A stretch of 40,054 nucleotides of DNA, taken from NCBI GenBank assembly GCA_019058245.1, contig JAHPZJ010000005.1, positions 1 to 40,054 on the forward strand. The letters are read 5' to 3'. The translations under genes were made by a program, and so were the position numbers. Within the stretch, counting starts at the first letter, position 1. The number at the start of each line of letters is the position of its first letter. The notes beneath the pieces were generated by a model, which was not told where the DNA came from, ran no database searches, and saw only the letters and a program-made list of their open reading frames with translations. Below, in pieces: positions 1 through 9,888 of this stretch. The DNA is from Promethearchaeota archaeon (lineage in GTDB: Archaea; Asgardarchaeota; Lokiarchaeia; Sigyniarchaeales; SOKP01).

Positions 1-364
1 CTAATTCTGAAGCCATATTAGATACTTGAATTGAAGTATCTGTTGATTTTTGAATAACAACCTCTAGACTTTCATATGCCTTTTGAATTGTATTTACAGT
101 ATAAAGTACAATGAATATTATTATAATTATTGCACCACTCATCACAATGAGCCCAATAGTCAAGGAATTATTCAGATAGTTTGATTGCACTAAGGAAAGG
201 CCTCCTATAGTAATAAGTGCTAGACTTATAAGAACAGAAGTTTTAAAATAAAGTCTATTTTTTTCTTTACCATATTTTTTATATGAAATTAATATAAGCA
301 ACAAAAAGATCATCGGAAGAAAAAATAAAAAGTAAAATATAGGATTTATAATTATATCTGCCAT
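1..364 (-). CDS. Membrane protein, probably methyl-accepting chemotaxis (MCP)-like receptor; partial, runs off the left edge
   Basis: Not in ORF track. ATG at 364, open to position 1: MADIIINPIFYFLFFLPMIFLLLILISY... with 3 hydrophobic segments, then STDTSIQVSNMASEL, resembling the start of an MCP coiled-coil. Confidence 0.6.
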   Translation of the reverse strand, partial: MADIIINPIFYFLFFLPMIFLLLILISYKKYGKEKNRLYFKTSVLISLALITIGGLSLVQSNYLNNSLTIGLIVMSGAIIIIIFIVLYTVNTIQKAYESLEVVIQKSTDTSIQVSNMASEL

Positions 365-715
365 ATATAAGACCCTCTAAAAGTTTTTTAATTTAATTAT
401 TTCTGCTTTAATTATTATATTATTTTTCTTCGTGTTTTCTTGAATTTTTTTTATAATAACTTAATGGATAATGATTTATTTATAACTTCGGTATAAAATT
501 CACTTTTTTGTCATTTTAATACTTAAATACCATCTTATATAATTAAAAATCTTGCATGAAAATTAGGAAATTTAGTTTTATAAAAAATATAAGTAAGATC
601 TCAGAATTTATGTAAATGATACACATTCATGTTTTTTTAGAGTAGAAAACTTTTCTCTAATTATAAACTTAGTTTTTAAAACCTATTTTTTGAGTAAATT
701 TTTAAAATTTTTAAA

Positions 716-745
716 ATCGAGTTATTCCAATATTTATAACTCGAT
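716..745. promoter_or_regulatory. Perfect 10-bp inverted repeat overlapping a TATA-like box upstream of the TFB-like gene
   Basis: ATCGAGTTAT (716-725) - 10 nt - ATAACTCGAT (736-745); TTTATAA at 733-739, about 28 nt before TTG 767. Confidence 0.6.
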
Positions 746-766
746 ATTATTTCTTTATATCCAGAT

Positions 767-1210
767 TTGGATGAATATTGTTCCCTCAAAGAACTTGTGT
801 TTAGATATATGGAAGAAAATCCATTAGATAGACCAATGGATGTATTGGAACATTTTGAGGATTCTAATATTGAAACTATTAGGACTTATGTTAAGAATTG
901 GAAAAATAATAATAAAGCGAAATTAATCAGGTATGCTAATATCTTAGCTTCTGAATATATTGAAGAGATGGATTTAGATCAAAATATTGAGATTCGATCT
1001 AATGAATTACTTACAATGTATATTTCTATGGTGGTTCCAGATTTAAACTTGGATTGGAATGGAATAATTGCAGGTGTTATATACCTAGTCTGTCGAATAT
1101 TAAATAGAACAATTTCTCAATTGGAAATATCCGAACTTGTTGGAGTGGATAATCATACTTTAAGTAAAAGATATCGGGAAATTGCTGAAATTTTAAATAT
1201 TGATTTATAA
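767..1210 (+). CDS. Small protein with a single TFIIB/TFB-type cyclin-fold repeat
   Basis: C-terminal IIAGVIYLVCRILNRTISQLEISELVGVDNHTLSKRYREIAE resembles TFB repeat 2 including its HTH; no Zn ribbon; TTG start. Confidence 0.65.
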   Translation: MDEYCSLKELVFRYMEENPLDRPMDVLEHFEDSNIETIRTYVKNWKNNNKAKLIRYANILASEYIEEMDLDQNIEIRSNELLTMYISMVVPDLNLDWNGIIAGVIYLVCRILNRTISQLEISELVGVDNHTLSKRYREIAEILNIDL

Positions 1211-1327
1211 AATTTTATCTCTTTTTTCTTATTTCAATGTTCAAATTATATTATTATAATCAAAACAATTTTAGAAGAAGAAACATTAGATTCTTCAATA
1301 ATTACTAATCGCTAATATCAAATCATA

Positions 1328-4291
1328 ATGCTCTCCGATCAACTTGTTAATCAGCTTAAAGATTGTAGAACAGATAAAGAATTAAAAGTAGCTTTTAAAA
1401 AGATTGCCTCTAAGGATCCTGACAATTACTTTCCTACTAAAGAGTTAAAAAAACTAGGATATCTAAGGAAACATTGTGAGTCTTGCGGAACTTACTTTTG
1501 GACGGTTGATAAAGATCGAAAAGTATGTGGAGATCCATTGTGTGCTGGAGGTTTTCAGGTAGTTATAGATAATCCTTCAAAGGTGAAGCTATCATTTATT
1601 GGAGTATGGAAGAAGATTGTTGAGATTTTAGAGCCAAGAGGTTATGTACCTATTAAAAGATACCCTTGCGTAGCGCGATGGAACCCAACGTCTGAGTTTA
1701 CAATAGCATCTATATCCGCCTTCCAACCTTACGTTATTACTGGAGAAGTAGAACCGCCTGCTAAAAAGTTGTTGATTCCTCAATTTTGTTTGAGATTTAA
1801 CGACATTGAAAACGTAGGTGTGACATCTTCACACAACACGGGCTTTGTAATGATTGGACAACATACTTTTGTACCTCCTAATGAATGGAATCAAGGAGAA
1901 CTTTTTATGGATATACATGATTTTATTCATATTGGAATAGGTTTACCAAAAAAAGAAATTACTATACATGAAGACTCATGGGCAGGTGGGGGTTCATTTG
2001 GGTGTAGTCTTGAGTTCTTCAGTAGAGGAGTAGAGCTATTTAATCAAGTTTATACTATGTTTGAACAAACTCCTAAAGGACCTCGAGAGTTAAGACTTAA
2101 AGTTCTTGATATGGGTCTTGGCCAAGAACGTGTTGCATGGTTCTCTCAAGGTACTCCAAACATTTATGAAGCAACTTTTCCATTTGTTTTGTCAAAGTTA
2201 AGAGAAATCACTAAAATTGAGTTAGATTTGGATCTATATAGTCGTTTTTCACAATATTCTGCTTTTCTAAATGTGGATGAAGTAGAAAATATTGATGAAG
2301 CATGGAATCGCGTTGCTAATGAATTAAAGATTGGTGTGAAGGAATTAAAAAAAAAAATATTACCAATGACGGCATTTTACTCAATCGCTGAACATGCACG
2401 TAGCTTACTTTTTGCTATAAATGATGGAAAACTTCCCTCAAATGTTGGGGGAGGATACAATTTAAGAGTGATTTTTCGTCGTGCCATAAGTTTTATTGAC
2501 AAACATAATTGGGAAATTGATATGTCTGATGTCTGTTCATGGCATGCTGAAGAATTAAAGGGGATCTTCCCTGAGATTTCAGAACATTTAGATGAAATTC
2601 GCGAAATTTTAGATGTTGAGAGAGAGAAATTTTATATAACTAAGCAAAAAGCAGGAAAAATATTGGAAAAATTACTGAAAAAAGGAGGAATATCCACTGA
2701 AACTCTTATTGAATTATATGATTCTAATGGTATTAGTCCTGATATGGCAAAAACAGCAGCTAAAAAATATGGGATAAAAGTACGTATTCCAGACGACTTT
2801 TATAATTTAGTAGTTGAACGACATGAAAAAACTGAACAAATTCATGCAACGGTAAAAGAAATTGAATTAGATTTAGAAGGAATTCCTGAAACAAAATCTC
2901 TTTATTATTATGACTATAGAGAGACTTCAAATAACGCAAAAGTATTGAAAATTATTGATAATATGGTAGTTTTAGATAAAACAGTAGTATACCCTACCTC
3001 TGGAGGTCAACTTCATGATATAGGAACAATCAAAGGGCAAAAATTCTCTGACGCTTTTAAGCAAGGGAACCATACTATCCATGTTTTAGATGATAAACCT
3101 ATTTTTAAGGAGGGAGATAATGTAAAAGTCGAAGTTGATAAAGAATGGCGGAAACAACTATCCCAACATCATACTGCTACTCATATTGTAAATGCTGCTG
3201 CACGAAATGTTTTAGGAAGCCATGTGAATCAAGCTGGTGCGAAAAAAAAAATGGAAGAATCTCAATTAGATATCACTCATTATGAGCAAATTCGTACGGA
3301 TAAATTAATTGAAATTGAAAAAAAGGCAAATGAAATTGTAGAAAAAGGGATTAATCTGAAATTGAGTTTCATTCCAAGATCTAAGGCAGAAAGAAAATAT
3401 GGGATGGTGATATACCAAGGAGGAGCGGTTCCTGGTAAAAAATTGAGAATTGTAGAAATTCCAAATATAGATGTCGAGGCTTGTGGTGGAACACACTTGA
3501 ATAATACCTCTGAAACGGGAAAAATAAAGATTATAAAATCACAAAAGATTCAGGATGGAGTTGTTAGACTGATTTTTACAGCAGGAAAAGCAACTATTGA
3601 GTTAGAACAAAAATATCAAGGAATTATCAATAAGTTAGAATCTTTTTTAAAGGTGGATTCGAAATTAATTATAGGAAGAGTTAAGGAATTACTTAATAAA
3701 CGCAATAAATTAATTCATAAAACAGAAAAAGTTGTAGACGATGATTTAGAACTAAAATCTGAAAAGATAATTGAGGGTGAAATATTAACTGAACTATCTA
3801 AGATTCTCCAAGTTAATAAAGAAAATGTTCTTTCAAAAATTAGAAAATTGTATTCAGAATGGGAACAAAGCAAAGAAAATTTAAATTTAAGACAGAATCT
3901 TCTTAGTCATAAGAATATTAATGAATTAAAAAATAATGCGAGATTTTTACAAGGTGATCCCAAATATCAAATTGTGATTGAAGACTATGATTTACCAAAA
4001 AAAGATCTTCAAAAAGTCAGTACAAATATTTTTAAATCATCAAGTAATATGATGACAGCTTATATCTCTAAAAGAGAGAAGGGTATAGAAGTAGCTGTTA
4101 TGTTAGGTCCTGATCCTTTAGAAGAATCTGATTATAGTGCATATAATATGGTTATGGATTGTGTTAAATATTTTGATGAGAATGGAAAAGGTGGTGGAAA
4201 TGATAGTTATTCTACAGGGCTTATATTTGATAGTTCGGTTGAAAAATCAAAAGTTAAAAAATATCTGGAAGAAAAATATTATCCTGAGTAA
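1328..4291 (+). CDS. alaS: Alanine--tRNA ligase, archaeal type
   Basis: RKHCESCGTYFWT...CGD..C N-terminus, ASISAFQP, QFCLRFNDIENVG, DMGLGQER, editing motifs HHTATH and ACGGTH, C-Ala GKGGG. Confidence 0.97.
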   Translation: MLSDQLVNQLKDCRTDKELKVAFKKIASKDPDNYFPTKELKKLGYLRKHCESCGTYFWTVDKDRKVCGDPLCAGGFQVVIDNPSKVKLSFIGVWKKIVEILEPRGYVPIKRYPCVARWNPTSEFTIASISAFQPYVITGEVEPPAKKLLIPQFCLRFNDIENVGVTSSHNTGFVMIGQHTFVPPNEWNQGELFMDIHDFIHIGIGLPKKEITIHEDSWAGGGSFGCSLEFFSRGVELFNQVYTMFEQTPKGPRELRLKVLDMGLGQERVAWFSQGTPNIYEATFPFVLSKLREITKIELDLDLYSRFSQYSAFLNVDEVENIDEAWNRVANELKIGVKELKKKILPMTAFYSIAEHARSLLFAINDGKLPSNVGGGYNLRVIFRRAISFIDKHNWEIDMSDVCSWHAEELKGIFPEISEHLDEIREILDVEREKFYITKQKAGKILEKLLKKGGISTETLIELYDSNGISPDMAKTAAKKYGIKVRIPDDFYNLVVERHEKTEQIHATVKEIELDLEGIPETKSLYYYDYRETSNNAKVLKIIDNMVVLDKTVVYPTSGGQLHDIGTIKGQKFSDAFKQGNHTIHVLDDKPIFKEGDNVKVEVDKEWRKQLSQHHTATHIVNAAARNVLGSHVNQAGAKKKMEESQLDITHYEQIRTDKLIEIEKKANEIVEKGINLKLSFIPRSKAERKYGMVIYQGGAVPGKKLRIVEIPNIDVEACGGTHLNNTSETGKIKIIKSQKIQDGVVRLIFTAGKATIELEQKYQGIINKLESFLKVDSKLIIGRVKELLNKRNKLIHKTEKVVDDDLELKSEKIIEGEILTELSKILQVNKENVLSKIRKLYSEWEQSKENLNLRQNLLSHKNINELKNNARFLQGDPKYQIVIEDYDLPKKDLQKVSTNIFKSSSNMMTAYISKREKGIEVAVMLGPDPLEESDYSAYNMVMDCVKYFDENGKGGGNDSYSTGLIFDSSVEKSKVKKYLEEKYYPE

Positions 4292-4370
4292 CTTTGGATA
4301 CATTTTTTAAAATTCAAAGAATTCTTAAGAATTATTTCTAATTATTTGTCAATCTATATAAAAAATAGAA

Positions 4371-4940
4371 TCATTCTTCTCTTATAATTAAATAGAGCGA
4401 TTCATTGCGAATAAACGCTTCAACAAAACAACTCCAATTATCTTTCAAAACTTTTTCAAAGTATTTTGCCCAAAACTCACTATAATCTTTTGTTAAATCA
4501 TGATTAAATCTCATTTGATATGTACCTTTATCGTTCTTCTCTAATTCTATATTGTAAAAATAATTGGCTGCTTGCCACATCCCCTTAAGTCCATTTAAAA
4601 ATTCTTCGAATGTCATGATTTCTTTCCTTTTTCCTAGATACCATTCAATTGATTCAACTGCAAGGTTTTTTGTAAAAACATCCTCGACTTTACCCTTAAT
4701 ATAGTTAAGATATGTTGTTTTTCCAACTAAAAGCATATTTAATTCATCTCTAGCTCTGCACCATATACTTCTTTGATCCATTAATTGTGGTTGTTTAAAT
4801 TTTTTTAATGATTTAATCGCTGCATCTACAACAGCAGATTTTGAACCGAACTCTTCTTCATATTGCTTTAAAATTTCATAAGATTCATGGGAAATGGTCG
4901 CGTGTACAGATTTTTTATAACTCCTTTTCTCATTGGACAT
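4371..4940 (-). CDS. Ribbon-helix-helix regulator with C-terminal V4R/effector-like domain
   Basis: Likely start MSNEK at 4940 (the track's 5090 start overlaps the divergent gene); SVHATISHESYEILKQYEEEFGSKSAVVDAAI is RHH-like. Confidence 0.65.
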   Translation of the reverse strand: MSNEKRSYKKSVHATISHESYEILKQYEEEFGSKSAVVDAAIKSLKKFKQPQLMDQRSIWCRARDELNMLLVGKTTYLNYIKGKVEDVFTKNLAVESIEWYLGKRKEIMTFEEFLNGLKGMWQAANYFYNIELEKNDKGTYQMRFNHDLTKDYSEFWAKYFEKVLKDNWSCFVEAFIRNESLYLIIREE

Positions 4941-4974
4941 AATTTTGATGAAAAAATAGAATACTATATTTTTG

Positions 4975-5045
4975 TGACATTTATAATGCCATAATCCAAC
5001 ATAATATTTAAATATTAATGTCATTTCATGAGGTATGTATGACAT
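4975..5045. promoter_or_regulatory. Repeated TGACAT/ATGTCA boxes in divergent promoter; candidate RHH operator
   Basis: TGACAT-TTATA-ATGCCA (4975-4991) and ATGTCAT (5018-5024) N14 ATGACAT (5039-5045). Confidence 0.5.
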
Positions 5046-5069
5046 ATTTTTTTTACATTTATTAAGACA

Positions 5070-5255
5070 ATGAAAACTACAATAAGTCAAGATAAGAAAG
5101 GTTTTAATGGATCAGATAAAAAAAATATAGAATTCCCATCTTGCTATGGTAATTTTAATAATATGTCTACTATTTGTCAGAAGTGCACAGTAAAAGCCCA
5201 ATGTAAAAAAATACCACCTCCGAATGATTCGGAGTGGTGTTGTAATCCCCCTTAA
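5070..5255 (+). CDS. Small Cys-rich protein (61 aa)
   Basis: CYG-x8-CxxC-x5-C plus C-terminal PPPNDSEWCCNPP; 36 nt upstream of the PLP enzyme. Confidence 0.65.
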   Translation: MKTTISQDKKGFNGSDKKNIEFPSCYGNFNNMSTICQKCTVKAQCKKIPPPNDSEWCCNPP

Positions 5256-5291
5256 CTATTTAATAATAAAAATACTATAGTGAAGTGATTT

Positions 5292-6467
5292 ATGGAACAA
5301 GAAGTCTATGAAAGTTATGTTGGTGGATATAAATGGAGATCAAGCGACAAAATATATTATAAATTAACTGGAAGAAAAATTAATTCCAAATATTTTCCAA
5401 CCATTTCAGTTTCTGTTAGTTATTTACCTGATCTAATACCCAATAAAAACCTATTTGGTTTGTTTTGGAGTACTCCAACTTTCAAAGATACTGATTGTCA
5501 ATACTTATTTCATGTTTATGATGAGTACGATATTGATTTTGTTATTTCAACATCTTCTGGAAATACAGTTGAAAGTATGGCCAACGTTATAAAAAGGTAT
5601 AATCAAGAATCAAAAAAAAAAATTAAAGCTATTCTGCTAGTTCCAGAAATTTCCTCATTTAAGGTTTCTAAAAATGCTATTGAAAATAACCCTTATGTGT
5701 ATTACATTGTTTTAAAAAATTCAACATTAGATAGTATAAGAGAATTTGCGAATAAACTTAAAGAAAAATTGTTAGAACGGTTTAATGTAATTTTAGCTGA
5801 CGCAAATTTAAAAACAGCTGCATACAGTCAAGTTGGTTTTGTTTTAGATCAAATGAATCTTTTAAATGATGATATATGTTTTGTTCAGACAGTATCTGGA
5901 GGGGTTTGCCCTGCTGGAGTGATTGAATACGCATCATTTTATAATATAAATCCTGAACTTTTAGTAGTTCAGCCTTTTAATAGTAAGACTACTCCAATAA
6001 TCGATGCCCTAAATGAACATTCACTTGGTCATAATCCTTTTGAAATTTTTAAGAAATGGAATTATAAAACTTCCAATATTGAAACCACATTAGGTAGTAC
6101 TAAACCGCTATACGCGATTGAAAAGTTTATTCAATGGAGAGAAAATGGAGGAAAAGTTCTCGCTGCCAAAATTTCACAAAAAGAACTTTGTAATCAAAAA
6201 AATATAGTTTTAAAATTACTGGTTGATGCAGGAATATATCCTACAATTGATTTAGCATTAAAATTTTTCGAACTGGAAAAGAGTGGAATAATAGCATTTA
6301 TTGGAGCGATCAAATCTGCTAAAGAAATAACGTCAAATAATATAATCGTAAATTTTACAGGAAGATATCCTGAAAAATCATCCATTTTACCGAGTTCTGC
6401 AACTCCTCACGTTTTATATGATCCAGATCAAGGAATTGAACAATTAATTAAAATGTTGAATATTTAA
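5292..6467 (+). CDS. Divergent PLP-dependent fold-type II enzyme (threonine synthase/cysteate synthase-like)
   Basis: PTFKD (Schiff-base Lys), STSSGNT, VSGGVCPAG, ELEKSGIIA, VNFTG. Confidence 0.75.
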   Translation: MEQEVYESYVGGYKWRSSDKIYYKLTGRKINSKYFPTISVSVSYLPDLIPNKNLFGLFWSTPTFKDTDCQYLFHVYDEYDIDFVISTSSGNTVESMANVIKRYNQESKKKIKAILLVPEISSFKVSKNAIENNPYVYYIVLKNSTLDSIREFANKLKEKLLERFNVILADANLKTAAYSQVGFVLDQMNLLNDDICFVQTVSGGVCPAGVIEYASFYNINPELLVVQPFNSKTTPIIDALNEHSLGHNPFEIFKKWNYKTSNIETTLGSTKPLYAIEKFIQWRENGGKVLAAKISQKELCNQKNIVLKLLVDAGIYPTIDLALKFFELEKSGIIAFIGAIKSAKEITSNNIIVNFTGRYPEKSSILPSSATPHVLYDPDQGIEQLIKMLNI

Positions 6468-6621
6468 ATTCGCAATTGTAAATTATCTCTTATTTTTATA
6501 CCTCTTATCTGTTTCTCTATCTATATAGACTATATAGACCTTATATAATATGAAGAAAAATCTTATAACTCAAATTAATTTAATTTTAATTAAAGTGGAA
6601 AAAAGGCTATATATATAAATA

Positions 6622-6792
6622 ATGTTTAATCAAATTTTATTGACTTTACTTGACCAAAAAAATGATTATTTAAACTTAAAAGAGAAAGTAGCTCATACAC
6701 CACTAGAAAAATTAATTAATAATATTCTTGAAAGAATAAATATAGACAATGATAAGATAATAACTCTAAATCAAATTGAATATATATTATAA
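6622..6792 (+). CDS. Small hypothetical protein (56 aa)
   Basis: Not in track; MFNQILLTLLDQKNDYLNLKEKVAHTPLEKLINNILERINIDNDKIITLNQIEYIL; TATA-like tatatataaa upstream. Confidence 0.45.
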   Translation: MFNQILLTLLDQKNDYLNLKEKVAHTPLEKLINNILERINIDNDKIITLNQIEYIL

Positions 6793-6817
6793 AAATACAA
6801 ATTTTGAGGAAAAAAAT

Positions 6818-7000
6818 ATGAAAAGTGTATATAAAGAGTTTTGCTGTCCAGAATGCGGAGAAGTACGTTATATAAATATTAATGGGATATGTTTTGACTG
6901 CAAAAATAAAAAAAACCTTATCACATTAGCAAAAGAGCGTAAATTACAGCAAAATCTCGAAACAATAAATCATTATATTAGTATTAAAAATTACAACTAA
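6818..7000 (+). CDS. Small Zn-ribbon protein (60 aa)
   Basis: GAGGA SD before ATG 6818; CPECG...CFDC. Confidence 0.65.
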   Translation: MKSVYKEFCCPECGEVRYININGICFDCKNKKNLITLAKERKLQQNLETINHYISIKNYN

Positions 7001-7163
7001 GAACTTCTTGTTTTAAAATAATACAAATTTTTACAGACTATTCTTTTTTATTTAAAATATCATTCTCATCAAAAATATTTTATATGTTGTGCTAATTATT
7101 AAATTTATAAATTATAGAAAACCTATATTAGTAATTAATCTATCCATGAGGAAATGCTGAAAA

Positions 7164-7985
7164 ATGGTAGAAATTATTCAAATTAGTGATTTACATTATG
7201 ATAGTGAGTTCCGTGAAGATTGTTTTGAGAATATCATTAATTATGTTGCGGAAAACAAACCTGATATTGTAGTTTGCACTGGAGATGTTGTGCATAAAGG
7301 AAGAGTTGTTCAATTTAGAAAAGTTCTTGAATATTTGAATAGAATAAAGGATATTACAAGGTTTATGGCCGTTCCAGGAAATCATGACGCTAAAAATTCA
7401 GGACTCGTGTTTTTTGAGAAAATAATTGGACCAAGACGATCTAGAATAATTTTAAAAGAAAAAGACGCCATCATAGTAGGAATTTGTTCCGCTAGAGATG
7501 ATGTCGCATATGGTGAAATCGGTGACGAGCAACTCGATTGGATTGGAAGGTGTTTTGACCAGAATATAGAAGATAGAGTTATAGCACTACATCACCATTT
7601 AATTCCAATTCCAATGTCTGGACAAAAATTTACGACTGTCCGAGACGCGGGAGAGATTTTAGAGTTTACGAATTTATTTGAAATAGATTTAGTATTGATG
7701 GGTCATCGTCATGTTCCTCACGCTTATACAATTTCTTGGAAGAATTCATCAAGTACGACTTTTCTTTATAGTGGGACTTCAACTTCAAATAAGGTTCGAG
7801 CTGATGATTCTCCTAGTTTTAATCATATTTTTCTTAATAAAGGCGATTTAGAAGTTTACATAGTTAATTCAATTAATCTTAAAAAGACTCTATTATTGGA
7901 ACGTAAGGAGCATCATACAGAATTTATAAGACCTAGAAAAACAAGAATAGAGCATTTACTTGCATCAAAAGTATGGGATGAGTAA
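7164..7985 (+). CDS. Calcineurin-like metallophosphoesterase (CpdA/Icc-like)
   Basis: SDLH, TGD, PGNHD, LHHH, GHRH motifs. Confidence 0.92.
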   Translation: MVEIIQISDLHYDSEFREDCFENIINYVAENKPDIVVCTGDVVHKGRVVQFRKVLEYLNRIKDITRFMAVPGNHDAKNSGLVFFEKIIGPRRSRIILKEKDAIIVGICSARDDVAYGEIGDEQLDWIGRCFDQNIEDRVIALHHHLIPIPMSGQKFTTVRDAGEILEFTNLFEIDLVLMGHRHVPHAYTISWKNSSSTTFLYSGTSTSNKVRADDSPSFNHIFLNKGDLEVYIVNSINLKKTLLLERKEHHTEFIRPRKTRIEHLLASKVWDE

Positions 7986-8415
7986 GATGCCTAAACCAGT
8001 AACTCCCTTATTAACTACTGATGCTGTTATTTTGATCAATAACAATAAAGATTTAGTTTTAATTCGGAGAAAAAATCCACCATTCCAAAGTGAATTAGCA
8101 TTACCAGGGGGTTTTGTAGATATTGGTGAAACCGTAGAACAAGCATGTATTCGGGAAGCAAAAGAAGAGACAAATATCAATATTAAAATCATTAGATTAA
8201 TAGGAATCTTTTCAGATCCCAAGCGAGATCCTAGAGGTCACACCGTTTCTATTGCATATTTATGTGAACCAAAAACAAAAAATGAAAAACCAAAAGCTAA
8301 AGATGATGCCGCTGCTTTAGAAATTATCTCTTTATCAAAAATCTCTTCTTTAAAACTAGCTTTCGATCATATGAAAATTATTGAAAGTTCAGGGATTTTA
8401 AATAATCTAAATTAA
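7978..8415 (+). CDS. Nudix hydrolase (ADP-ribose pyrophosphatase-like)
   Basis: Nudix box GGFVDIGETVEQACIREAKEET, RDPRGH, LAFDH; ATG 7978 overlaps upstream stop. Confidence 0.93.
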   Translation: MSKMPKPVTPLLTTDAVILINNNKDLVLIRRKNPPFQSELALPGGFVDIGETVEQACIREAKEETNINIKIIRLIGIFSDPKRDPRGHTVSIAYLCEPKTKNEKPKAKDDAAALEIISLSKISSLKLAFDHMKIIESSGILNNLN

Positions 8416-8420
8416 CACAA

Positions 8421-8810
8421 TTACCAATTTTCTTTAACTTCATATAAGTTGTGAAATGAGTCTCTGATAAAAAGATAATAACCATTCCCATCTTGTCTTG
8501 GAACTTTTATTACCTCAAAGCCCATTGAAGTGGCCTTATCAACAAACTCATCTCGATTATTAATTAATATACATGAATGAGTAAAGAGATCTCTTGCCTT
8601 ACTTTTATCCTCTGTAATAAATATTTCAAAAGATATATCTTCGTTTCCATATACAACAAATGTATTATCTCTTTTTACTCCAAAAAAAGCTTCCATCAAT
8701 TCTGCTGAAACTGCTTTATTTCTTAATTTTTTCATTCCGAGTAATTCAATGAAAAATTTATCAGCTTCTTCTTCTGAATTGTATCCTAAAGCTATATGCT
8801 CTAATTTCAT
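8421..8810 (-). CDS. VOC/glyoxalase family protein
   Basis: LEHIAL...FFIELLG, FTHSC, FIRDSFHNLYE. Confidence 0.85.
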   Translation of the reverse strand: MKLEHIALGYNSEEEADKFFIELLGMKKLRNKAVSAELMEAFFGVKRDNTFVVYGNEDISFEIFITEDKSKARDLFTHSCILINNRDEFVDKATSMGFEVIKVPRQDGNGYYLFIRDSFHNLYEVKENW

Positions 8811-8991
8811 TTTTATATTCAGTTTTAAAATTATTTAAATATATGAATAACTAATGTCTTTTAACAGAATAAATTTTACTTTTGGTAAATTTTATCTTAA
8901 ATGAATTTTTCTCCAAAATTTAAAAATATTTAGGTTATAATATTATTAATAAAAGAAAAAAAAATTGGATATTCGTAAGGGGCTTTAGAGG

Positions 8992-9861
8992 ATGACTAAT
9001 GTTTCTGAAACTGAATTTCTTAATCGTCTTTTAGAGGTGGTGTACAAACTTTCAAACATAGTAAAAACTCAATCCCCTAGGTTTAAGACTAAATGGGATG
9101 AATATTTAAAACCTTTCGATGAAAATCCTCATATTGTACGCCAAATACCTCTTGACAAAAATAGATTTTTAAATGATATTGATTATAGAATTAATGTGTT
9201 AAAGACTGTTGAACAAGCTACAGTTGATGGTTTTTATTCAACAAAAACACTATTAAAAACATTATATAGTTCATATTTTAATTCTGAATTATTTAAGAAG
9301 GATTTCTCGGAAGAAGATCAACAGATTTTAAAATATTTGATTGCAAAAGAAATTTTAGGCAATTTAATACAATATAATAAACTTGATCATGAATCTGTTC
9401 CATTGAAATATAATATAATTGGCAGAAATTACACATTGATTAAATTACAAGGTCTAGCAGACTTTGAAATTTTAGAAAGTCTTAATAAATTAAATATTAA
9501 AAATATAGAATTAATTGATGTAAATAACCTTATGAAAGAAATTGAAGAGGATGGAATCGTTAATATGGAAAAAAAAGGGGAACATAATTTCTTTACTTTA
9601 AATAAAGAATTAACACTAACAACAGAAGGAAAAAATCTTTATTCCCAGTTACTACAGCCTTTAGTAGATTGGCCAACCCTTTTTTTTCGAAGCTTTTATA
9701 ATATAAGGGAGTTAAATGTTACTATAGATAAGAATGCGACTTTTCATGATTATCTACAGAAAATCCTGCTAAAAACTGCAACTCAAGGATTTTCCCCTAC
9801 CAATTATGTTTTTAAAAATCTAGTCAAATATTACGAAAAAATTAAGGAAGAAGCAAATTAA
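8992..9861 (+). CDS. Hypothetical protein, possible internal winged-helix segment
   Basis: 289-aa ORF; VNNLMKEIEEDGIV...LTLTTEG resembles wHTH wing. Confidence 0.7.
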   Translation: MTNVSETEFLNRLLEVVYKLSNIVKTQSPRFKTKWDEYLKPFDENPHIVRQIPLDKNRFLNDIDYRINVLKTVEQATVDGFYSTKTLLKTLYSSYFNSELFKKDFSEEDQQILKYLIAKEILGNLIQYNKLDHESVPLKYNIIGRNYTLIKLQGLADFEILESLNKLNIKNIELIDVNNLMKEIEEDGIVNMEKKGEHNFFTLNKELTLTTEGKNLYSQLLQPLVDWPTLFFRSFYNIRELNVTIDKNATFHDYLQKILLKTATQGFSPTNYVFKNLVKYYEKIKEEAN

Positions 9862-9888
9862 ATCTATTTAAATCCTTGATTTTTAGAA

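Noticed and set aside
365-715. AT-rich stretch as replication origin
   Set aside because: No ORB-like repeats or cdc6/orc1 nearby; AT richness is general in this window
4941-5090. N-terminal extension of the RHH ORF given in the track
   Set aside because: Spans the divergent promoter and overlaps the opposite gene; the domain begins at MSNEK
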